Assembly: GCA_002171125.1 (NCBI GenBank)
Contig: NHHK01000020.1
Coordinates: forward strand, 7,629 to 71,628
Direction: 5' to 3'
Origin: a bacterium TMED161
GTDB taxonomy: Bacteria > Fidelibacterota > Marinisomatia > SCGC-AAA003-L08 > D37C17
DNA: 64,000 nt
This document shows positions 1-7,884 of the stretch, in pieces (within the stretch, counting starts at the first letter, position 1; every line of letters begins with the position of its first letter). Both the position numbers and the translations under genes were made by a program. The notes below the pieces were generated by a model. It saw nothing but the letters and a program-made list of their open reading frames with translations. It did not search any database and was not told the origin of the DNA.

Positions 1-2
1 GG

Positions 3-3000
3 GCAGTAGGTGTTGTCGCAACAGCTCAGCCATATACGCATACAGCTTTTAATAATATTGTTACGATGGGAATGTATAGTGGTATTTTTGTTTACGGTGC
101 AAAGACGGCGGGTGAATCGTTAGTTTATGGTGAATTAGCTCTTGGTCTTGCATATCCTCAAAACCCTAATAATAATGTTTACTATTTTGCTGCATGGAAT
201 AATTTAATGGGAGATGCTTCAACTATTTTATGGACAGACACTCCAAGAACTTTAATTGCAAACCATCTAGATAATGTATCTATGGGTACAGATAACATTT
301 TTACTGTACAAGTTATAGATGAGAATGAATCACCAGTATCTGATGCTAATGTTAATCTTAATCTTAATGATATATATATAAATACAACAAGTGGAGAAGA
401 TGGTATTGCAATCATTGATTTAAATAGTCTATCAGAGCAAAATGGTGAGGTGACTGTCACAGTAACATGTCAAGATTGTGTTTATTCAGAAACTTCATTT
501 TCATTAAATCAAGATAGTGTTTTCCCTGAAGTTCTTGGTGCTTCATTGCTATTTGATGAAGTTAACCCATCAAGTAATCTAGATGGATTTGTTAATCCGG
601 GAGAACAATTATCAATTGATTTTTATATGACTAATTACTCAGGATCATCAATTGAAGATATTAACGTTGAAATTAGGTCTTCTGAATTATCTATAGCATC
701 AGAAAATACTATTAATATTCCAAATATTGATATTGGTCAAACTGTATTGGTTGAAGATTTAATTTTAAATATTCCTCCATCTATTACCATTGATGAAGAA
801 CCTGTGTTTTATGCAAATATTTCAGGCAACAATAGTAGTTTTGAATCAAATCAAATTTTAAATCTCCCAATTTATTCAGGTTCAGTTTCTCTAAGAGCGC
901 AAGGAAACTTTGTTCCAGGATCTACAAATAGTTTAAATATTGAAATTACTAATAATGGAGAAATAAATTTTGATTCTCTTTATGGTGAAATACTTAATAA
1001 TGATAGTGACTTAAGTTTTGAAACTGATTTAATTTCTTGGATTGAAACTTCACCAGGTAATAGTAGTATATCTCAAGCGATTCAGGTTTCTACAGATAAT
1101 AGTATTATTAATGGAGCAGTTTACAATATTCCGGTTAGGGTAACTGACTCGCATACATTTGCGCAGCAGGTAAATTTACAATTGACTGTTGGAGAGGTGA
1201 CACTAAATGATCCATTCGGACCCGACCCATATGGATATTATATATATGGAGAAGAAGATAGTGATTATGATTTAGCGCCTACATATTCATGGGTTGAAAT
1301 CGTTCCATCTCAAGGAGGAAGCGGCTACCAATTAAATTTAAATGATAATGGTAACAATCAAGATGACGTTACCACAGTAGACTTGCCTTTTACTTTCACT
1401 TTTTATGGTGAAGACTATGATGAAATATCTGTTTGTAGTAATGGTTGGATATCATTTGGAGAAACTAATTTAGAATCTTTTAGGAACTATCCTCTACCAG
1501 GTACTGGTGGACCATCTCCAATGGTTGCAGTCTTCTGGGATGATTTAGAAGATGGTGATGCGTATGCATATTATGATGAACCTAATGATAGATTCATAAT
1601 TGAGTGGTATAACTTTGATACCTACTACGCTAATTCAAATGAAGAATTTCAAATTATATTATATAATACTGGTTCACAAACTCCTACAGGTGATGATGAA
1701 ATGCTCTTACAATACAGAGTTTTTAATAATACAAGTATTGGAAGTTATCCCGTTGGTAACTATGACGGTGCTGTAGTTCATGGTATGTATACCTCAGTTG
1801 GAATTGAAGATCATACTGGTCTGATCGGCTTAGAATATACGTTCAATAATCAGTACCCTACAGCTGCTGGTCAGTTGACAGATCAATCAGCTGTTTTTAT
1901 AACAACTAGAACATCATCTCTTTATGCGCAGCCTGATCTTGAAATTTCTAATAATTCATTAGATTATAGTTTAGAGCCTAATGAATCATTAACTGATATC
2001 TTTAGCATTACTAATTCGGGAGAGCCTGAGTCGAATTTATCATACAATCTTTCTGTATCTCCATTTGTTAATCAACAATCAAATGTTGATGAGGGTGGCT
2101 ATGCTTGGTCTTCTTCAGATGCTGATGAATACATTGACTATGATTGGATTGATATCTCTGATAATAATACATCTGTAGTATTTGAATCTAATGATCAGTC
2201 TCCTGGCTATTTTGATATTGGCTTTAACTTTCCTTTCTATGGAGATAATTATGACCAAATTTTAATTAATCCAAATGGATGGGTTGGTTTTGGGGACGAT
2301 AATGATGAATGGGATAATGAAAGCATATTTGATGAAAGCGCCCCTAGGAATGCAATCTTAGCTTATTGGGATGACCTGAATCCTATTAGTGGAGATAATT
2401 CTGTGGGTGAGGGATATGTAAAATATCATTCTAATGGCGATAGAATGGTTATTTGGTATGAAGATGTTATACATTGGACAAATAATGCTATAAGACATGA
2501 TTTCCAAATAATATTATTTCCAACAGGAGATATAGATATAAACTATAGATCAATTGAAGGTGTATCTAATGACGGGGCAACCATTGGAATTGTAAATAGT
2601 TTAGGAACAATTGGTCAACAAGTTCCTTATGATGATTTAGATTTATCGAGTCAGTTATCCTTGTCATATAAACAATCTCCAGAATGGATAACATTAAGTC
2701 AGTATAGTGGAAACATAAATTATGAAAATTCAGATGATATTATTGTTACTATAGATATGCAAGGGTATGATTCTGGCAACTATTTTGCTTATATGATTTT
2801 AGAATCTAATGCAGCAGCCAATATTATTGTGCCAGTTTCTGCTTCAATAAATAATTATGTTATGGGAGATTTAAATGCTGATGGTGGAGTTGATATATTA
2901 GATGTTGTAAGAATGGTCGCGCTTATATTGAACAATGATGGAAGTGCTTATGAAAATATTGTTGCAGATTTGAATAATGATAATGAAGTAAATATTATGG

Positions 3001-3035
3001 ATGTGATTTTACTTGTACAAATTATTCTAAACTAA
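3..3035 (+). CDS. Large secreted multidomain surface protein, 5' end cut by the window edge, ending in a dockerin-type repeat pair
   Basis: The frame is open from base 3 to the ATG at 66, so the N-terminus lies upstream of the window. The first residues (..NLMGDASTILW) weakly resemble the end of a C25 gingipain-type peptidase domain (from memory). Two internal modules share FxFYGxxY..NGW(I/V)xFG..(F/Y)WDDL. The C-terminus GDLNADGGVDILDVV..ADLNNDNEVNIMDVI is a duplicated Ca-binding loop-helix of dockerin type. Confidence 0.85.
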   Translation, partial: AVGVVATAQPYTHTAFNNIVTMGMYSGIFVYGAKTAGESLVYGELALGLAYPQNPNNNVYYFAAWNNLMGDASTILWTDTPRTLIANHLDNVSMGTDNIFTVQVIDENESPVSDANVNLNLNDIYINTTSGEDGIAIIDLNSLSEQNGEVTVTVTCQDCVYSETSFSLNQDSVFPEVLGASLLFDEVNPSSNLDGFVNPGEQLSIDFYMTNYSGSSIEDINVEIRSSELSIASENTINIPNIDIGQTVLVEDLILNIPPSITIDEEPVFYANISGNNSSFESNQILNLPIYSGSVSLRAQGNFVPGSTNSLNIEITNNGEINFDSLYGEILNNDSDLSFETDLISWIETSPGNSSISQAIQVSTDNSIINGAVYNIPVRVTDSHTFAQQVNLQLTVGEVTLNDPFGPDPYGYYIYGEEDSDYDLAPTYSWVEIVPSQGGSGYQLNLNDNGNNQDDVTTVDLPFTFTFYGEDYDEISVCSNGWISFGETNLESFRNYPLPGTGGPSPMVAVFWDDLEDGDAYAYYDEPNDRFIIEWYNFDTYYANSNEEFQIILYNTGSQTPTGDDEMLLQYRVFNNTSIGSYPVGNYDGAVVHGMYTSVGIEDHTGLIGLEYTFNNQYPTAAGQLTDQSAVFITTRTSSLYAQPDLEISNNSLDYSLEPNESLTDIFSITNSGEPESNLSYNLSVSPFVNQQSNVDEGGYAWSSSDADEYIDYDWIDISDNNTSVVFESNDQSPGYFDIGFNFPFYGDNYDQILINPNGWVGFGDDNDEWDNESIFDESAPRNAILAYWDDLNPISGDNSVGEGYVKYHSNGDRMVIWYEDVIHWTNNAIRHDFQIILFPTGDIDINYRSIEGVSNDGATIGIVNSLGTIGQQVPYDDLDLSSQLSLSYKQSPEWITLSQYSGNINYENSDDIIVTIDMQGYDSGNYFAYMILESNAAANIIVPVSASINNYVMGDLNADGGVDILDVVRMVALILNNDGSAYENIVADLNNDNEVNIMDVILLVQIILN

Positions 3036-3046
3036 TCTATTGAATC

Positions 3047-3676
3047 TTGAAAAAAAAATATAAAGAACCAAATCTCAATATTTCAAAAGTTTACACTAAA
3101 GTAGGCGATAAGGGTTCTACTTATCTTATTGGAAATGAGAAAGTTCCTAAAAATGACCTTAGAGTTGAATCTTATGGTCAAATTGATGAACTTAATGTAC
3201 TATTAGGGCATTGTTTTAGGCATTTAAAAAGTTTTCCAGAAATAGACAATTATAGCTATATATCTAAAAGACTTATTTCAATTCAAAATGAACTTTTTAA
3301 TTTAGGAACAGTATTAGCATCTTTAGGAACCTCTAATACAAATGATAATCTTCCTAAAATTGAAAATGATGATATCATTTTACTAGAAAAAGATATTGAT
3401 GATATGAATAGTGAATTAGATCCTTTGAAATCTTTTGTATTACCTGGTGGGAATGATCTAACATTATATATTCATTCGGCAAGAGTAATGTGTAGAAAAT
3501 CGGAACGTTCCGTTGTTTCTGTGCTAAATAAATACCCAGATACAGATATAACAGTATTGAGGTATCTGAATAGGCTTTCTGATTACTTATTTGTTTTAGG
3601 GCGTCTTATTTCATTAAAACTTGATATAGCTGAGAATCTTTGGGACCCTAATAACATATCTTCTAAAAGTAACTAA
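3047..3676 (+). CDS. ATP:cob(I)alamin adenosyltransferase, PduO/MMAB type
   Basis: TTG start. The N-terminal motif KVYTKVGDKGSTYL, ESYGQIDELN and the ~200-aa helical layout are typical of PduO-type adenosyltransferases. Confidence 0.8.
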   Translation: MKKKYKEPNLNISKVYTKVGDKGSTYLIGNEKVPKNDLRVESYGQIDELNVLLGHCFRHLKSFPEIDNYSYISKRLISIQNELFNLGTVLASLGTSNTNDNLPKIENDDIILLEKDIDDMNSELDPLKSFVLPGGNDLTLYIHSARVMCRKSERSVVSVLNKYPDTDITVLRYLNRLSDYLFVLGRLISLKLDIAENLWDPNNISSKSN

Positions 3677-3693
3677 TTTATTAACTCAAATAT

Positions 3694-5241
3694 TTAGTAA
3701 ATCAGATGACGCCAGTCTTCAACCTCAATATTATCTTTCCTAGATCTAAGCCATTCATTGTATCCACCTGAAAATCTTTTGTTTAGTAATAATTGAGATT
3801 TTATGTTCGGATATTTTTCTTGATAATCTTCTTCATCAACATCAGCTTTGCTGATAAGTTTTGCAAATGCGAATGAAGTAGGTGTCTTTATTAAACCTGA
3901 GATATTTCCTGGTTCGTTCAATGCAGATAATTCACCTTCAAGTTCTGGGGATTTTCCTATTCCCTTGTAGTTAGCAGAAATTTTGCCTTCTGATTGTGAT
4001 TCAAAATTAATTAAATCATTTGAATTAGCTATATCGCTCCAATTAGCATTTTTAAATTCACTAATCATCGTTTTTGCTTTTTCAGCTTTTAGATCTCGTC
4101 CAAGAACTCTTTCAATAGATTCTTTAACTTCAGAGAATGGTTTATATGTTTCTTTTTCTTTCTCTAAAATACGAAATACAGCTATTCCATTATTCACTTC
4201 AAAAGGGGTTGATACCATATTAAGATCTCCATCGAAAGCATATCTAATAACTTTTCTTGAATTACCCATTTCGGAAGGTATTCCTGAAAACCCTTGCAAT
4301 GCTTGAGATACGCTTATTGTATCTTCTATTGTTTTATTGTAAGAGTCTAAAGCTTGATCAAAAGAGGTATAGTTCGCCTCATCACTTAATATAAATGCTT
4401 CACTCATTAAGCTATCTTTTTCAATATTATAGTTTAATGTATCATCTTCTGAGATTAAAGATTTATAAATTACGTAGTCAAGCTTAACTTTCTCATCAAC
4501 TAGATATTTATCTTCTTTATTATCTTCATAATAAGCCAACAATTCATCTTCTGAAATAACCATAGATGAATCTGGGATATTGCTATTACTTATATATATG
4601 TAATCGATTGTCAGATCAACATTATTTCTTACATATTCTTCTTTAATTTCATTCTCTGTTACAGATGAGAGTAGATTATATGAGTCTGTTAACTTTTTAT
4701 TAGATAGAAAGTTCTTTATACCATCTTCCCATCTTATATTTAGTTGTTTCGTAGAAAGAGGCATTTGACCATTTCTAATTGCATTTTGGTAAGAAATCAA
4801 ATCAAATGCTCCTGAGCTATCTGTAAAAAAACCAGCTGCATTTAGTGCCTCTTGATACTTTTGAGGAGGCGATTGAAGCATATAATCTTTAACTTCTTCT
4901 GAATATACTGTAAGATTAAGCTCCTTGATTTTTTCTTTGATTATGTAATCTTCTTTCAAAGCTTCCCAAGCATCCCGATGGAGTCTATCTTCAGATACTT
5001 GAGCATTTTCTCCTTGAGCATTTAGAATATTATTAAGAGCAACTCTTAATTGATAATCATATTCTCTTATAGAAATTCTTTTTCCATCTATACTACCTAC
5101 ATAATTTCTAATATCTTTTGAACCAAAAATGACGCTTATTATATTAGATCCTCCGACAAGTCCACCCATAGTCATACTTGCAATAAAAAAGAATAATAAT
5201 AGCCATAAAATTACATGAGATCTCTCTCTTAAAGTTGTCAT
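3694..5241 (-). CDS. PpiD/SurA-N family periplasmic chaperone (peptidyl-prolyl isomerase-like), membrane anchored
   Basis: The tracked ORF start (5334) runs through tRNA-Ala. The first plausible start is the ATG at 5241 (MTTLRERSHVILWLLLFFFIASM = N-terminal anchor). It has the long helical SurA-N-like body and a degenerate parvulin-like segment near the C-terminus. Confidence 0.7.
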   Translation of the reverse strand: MTTLRERSHVILWLLLFFFIASMTMGGLVGGSNIISVIFGSKDIRNYVGSIDGKRISIREYDYQLRVALNNILNAQGENAQVSEDRLHRDAWEALKEDYIIKEKIKELNLTVYSEEVKDYMLQSPPQKYQEALNAAGFFTDSSGAFDLISYQNAIRNGQMPLSTKQLNIRWEDGIKNFLSNKKLTDSYNLLSSVTENEIKEEYVRNNVDLTIDYIYISNSNIPDSSMVISEDELLAYYEDNKEDKYLVDEKVKLDYVIYKSLISEDDTLNYNIEKDSLMSEAFILSDEANYTSFDQALDSYNKTIEDTISVSQALQGFSGIPSEMGNSRKVIRYAFDGDLNMVSTPFEVNNGIAVFRILEKEKETYKPFSEVKESIERVLGRDLKAEKAKTMISEFKNANWSDIANSNDLINFESQSEGKISANYKGIGKSPELEGELSALNEPGNISGLIKTPTSFAFAKLISKADVDEEDYQEKYPNIKSQLLLNKRFSGGYNEWLRSRKDNIEVEDWRHLIY

Positions 5242-5276
5242 ATTAAACAATTTTTCTTCTCCTAGTTTTTTAAATG

Positions 5277-5350
<74 letters not shown>

Positions 5351-5441
5351 AAGGCATCTAATTTATCTTTTTTTAATACTTATCTCAAAATAAAATAATC
5401 AAATATTTTGAAAACTTGTCTTTATAAAGTTAATTTATAGC

Positions 5442-5933
5442 ATGAATAATAATATTAAAGATGTATTTTTAATTATTTTAGCCTCATTATTTTTTGGAGT
5501 TTGTAGAGTTTTTTTTCTAGAAGATATTGCTTTTATAAAGCAGCCTACAAAATTGATATCTGATGATGAACTTGTGAATATGCAACTTGATGGACCAAAA
5601 GTAGTTACCATAAGTCAATGTAAAGAAATGTTTGATCAGAAATCAGCATTTTTTATTGATGCTAGAGATAGTTTACTATATGATGAAGGACATATTTTAG
5701 GAGCTATTAATATTCATTTTGAATCAAACGATGACGACCAGATTTTAAGTAGATTAGAGGGAGTAGAAGAAAATAATTTTTTAATTATATACTGTAGTGG
5801 GGGCGACTGTGATTTAAGTGAGGAATTAGGAAATCATCTCTTTGAATATTTAGGCTATACAAATATTTTATTATATGAGGGAGGATTCCCTGAATGGAAA
5901 GAAAATGGATATGAAGTCAATTCTAGAAAGTAG
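5442..5933 (+). CDS. Membrane-anchored rhodanese-domain sulfurtransferase
   Basis: N-terminal hydrophobic helix. Rhodanese signatures FFIDARD..YDEGHILGAINI and the active-site loop YCSGGDCDLS. Confidence 0.8.
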   Translation: MNNNIKDVFLIILASLFFGVCRVFFLEDIAFIKQPTKLISDDELVNMQLDGPKVVTISQCKEMFDQKSAFFIDARDSLLYDEGHILGAINIHFESNDDDQILSRLEGVEENNFLIIYCSGGDCDLSEELGNHLFEYLGYTNILLYEGGFPEWKENGYEVNSRK

Positions 5934-6366
5934 TTATTTGAATTATATAATTCGTCTTATTATGGGAATAGTATTTATCTATGCTAGTTATTCTAAAATT
6001 CTTGATCCTGTTTCATTTTCAAGCAATATACATAATTTTGGGGTAACACCTCTATATATTGAAAATCTAATTGCAATAGTGCTACCTTGGCTAGAGCTTT
6101 TTATAGGTTTAGGTCTCATCACCGGCATTAAATATCATGCGAGCATAGAGATCTCAATCTATTTAATGTGGGCTTTTACATTTTTAATTTTACAAGCTTA
6201 CCTAAGAGGAAAAAGTATTGATTGTGGCTGTTTTATGACAGATATATCTGCAAGCGATGCAGCAGAAAAACGCTTTGATATGTTAAAAAGAATATTTGAA
6301 GATATTGTGTTCTTAATTATGCTTTATAAACTAAAATATGATGCTAATAATAAAAAAACTCACTAA
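5905..6366 (+). CDS. MauE/DoxX-family membrane protein
   Basis: Four hydrophobic segments, N-terminal IRLIMGIVFIYASYSKILDP and a CGCF motif as in MauE-type proteins. The start is uncertain (ATG 5905 or 5911, overlapping the rhodanese gene end). Confidence 0.65.
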   Translation: MDMKSILESSYLNYIIRLIMGIVFIYASYSKILDPVSFSSNIHNFGVTPLYIENLIAIVLPWLELFIGLGLITGIKYHASIEISIYLMWAFTFLILQAYLRGKSIDCGCFMTDISASDAAEKRFDMLKRIFEDIVFLIMLYKLKYDANNKKTH

Positions 6367-6374
6367 TATATAGA

Positions 6375-7532
6375 ATGGTATTACGTTTAATATATATATC
6401 AGTTATAATTTTAGCAGGTTGCAATAAAAGTTATAGCCTACCTATTGACCTCACAATATTACACTCCTCTAGTGTTTGGGGCGAAACTGAGCCATGTGGC
6501 TGACCTAAAAACCCTTTGGGCGGTCTTGCCCGAAAAGCTAGTGTGATAGATAATGAGCGTTTAAATAATAATCGTCTTATAGTTGTAGATTCAGGTGATT
6601 TATTTTTTCATAAATCTGAGATGACATTTGAAAAGGATAACATTGAAGCAGCAAAGATTAAATCTGAAATAATTGTTAATTGTAATAATAAAATGAATTA
6701 TAACGCATTTACCCCTGGATCACGAGACTTTGCATTAGGACTCAAATATCTAAAAAAGTTAGAGTCGCAATCTAATTTCAACTATATATCTTGTAACTTA
6801 TATGATGTAGGTAATAGAAAAAGACTTTTTGATCCATATAAAATTGAAAATTATGACGGATTTAAGGTTGCGTATATTGGTGCGGCTTCTTCTTTTCAGA
6901 AAGATTCTATTTTAATAAGGGAGCCTATATCAGAAATTAAAAAAGTCTATAACGAGATATCTAGTGAAGCTGATTTTGTAATTGTTTTATTTAATGGGAC
7001 CAAACCAGACATGGATAGATTAAGTAAAAGCGGCATTGGCTTTGATCTTATTTTAAGAAGTGGTGGATCGAGTAGAGCTTCTGAAAATGGTGGCAATGGG
7101 GCAACTCCTTTATACGAAGCGGGCAATAAAGGTAAGTATTTAAATAAGATTAATATTGCATTGTCTAATATTGGCGCAGATTTAATTGATATTGATTTAT
7201 TGCAAAAAAAGATTAAACAATCTGAAAAGCACCTTAAAAATAAAAAATTAGGTGACCCTAATGGAAATCTCGATGAGATGTACAAAGATAAGCCAAAAAT
7301 ATTAGATACAATTAATAATCATAGAGATATAGTTAGGGCGTCAAATACAAAAATAAATAATGCTAAAAATATAATAAATACAAAAAAAATTGCATTGGAC
7401 ACAAAGGTTGATAGTAAAGTTGATATTCTATTTATTGTTGATGAAGGAATGGCAAAAATACCAAAAGGTCCTGAGATGAATGACCATAGAGGACGTGCTC
7501 CAGGGAACCCTCATCATGGACATAATCATTAG
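6375..7532 (+). CDS. Candidate selenoprotein: lipoprotein with a degenerate 5'-nucleotidase/metallophosphoesterase-like fold, C-G-U motif (in-frame TGA at 6501-6503) and a His-rich tail
   Basis: The ATG at 6375 encodes a lipobox signal peptide MVLRLIYISVIILAG-C. It is in the same frame as tracked ORF 6516..7532, and the only interruption is the TGA at 6501. Read-through gives LTILHSSSVWGETEPCG-U-PKNPLGGLARKA..VVDSGDLFF..TPGSRDFALG. A SECIS-like hairpin starts 11 nt after the TGA. Confidence 0.6.
6515..6535 (+). promoter_or_regulatory. SECIS-like hairpin downstream of TGA 6501
   Basis: UUUGGGC-GGUCUU-GCCCGAAA: a GGGC/GCCC core extended by U-A/U-G pairs, with a GGUC-containing apical loop. The spacer between the TGA and the hairpin is exactly 11 nt. 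Confidence 0.55.
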
Positions 7533-7612
7533 CTTTAAAGCCTATTAAAAATTATTGTGTTTTTTATGTTTTATTATATTAAAATATACAGCTTTGTTTT
7601 TTAGATAATTTT

Positions 7613-7685
7613 GCGAAAGTAGCTCAGCTGGTAGAGCATCACGTTGCCAACGTGAGGGTCGACGGTTCGAATCCGTTCTTTCGCT
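7613..7685 (+). tRNA. tRNA-Gly(GCC)
   Basis: Cloverleaf GCGAAAG..CTTTCGC acceptor, anticodon stem TCACG/CGTGA with loop TTGCCAA, T-loop TTCGAAT. Confidence 0.93.
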
Positions 7686-7689
7686 CAAT

Positions 7690-7715
7690 GGCCTCTTATT
7701 AAGAGGCCTTTTTTT
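7690..7715 (+). terminator. Rho-independent terminator-like hairpin between tRNA-Gly and tRNA-Cys
   Basis: GGCCTCTT-att-AAGAGGCC followed by TTTTTTT. Confidence 0.6.
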
Positions 7716-7789
7716 GGCGTCGTGGCCAAGTGGTAAGGCAGAGGTCTGCAAAATCTCCATCACCAGTTCGAATCTGGTCGACGCCTCCA
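7716..7789 (+). tRNA. tRNA-Cys(GCA), 3' CCA encoded
   Basis: GGCGTCG..CGACGCC acceptor, anticodon loop CTGCAAA, T-loop TTCGAAT, discriminator T followed by genomic CCA. Confidence 0.92.
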
Positions 7790-7793
7790 ACTA

Positions 7794-7879
7794 GCCGAGG
7801 TGGTGAAATTGGTAGACACAAGGGACTTAAAATCCCTCGAACAGTAATGTTCGTGCCGGTTCGATTCCGGCCCTCGGTA
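7794..7879 (+). tRNA. tRNA-Leu(UAA), long variable arm
   Basis: GCCGAGG..CCTCGGT acceptor (G1:U72 wobble), anticodon stem AGGGA/TCCCT with loop CTTAAAA, variable arm CGAACAGTAATGTTCG, T-loop TTCGATT. Confidence 0.9.
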
Positions 7880-7884
7880 CAAAT

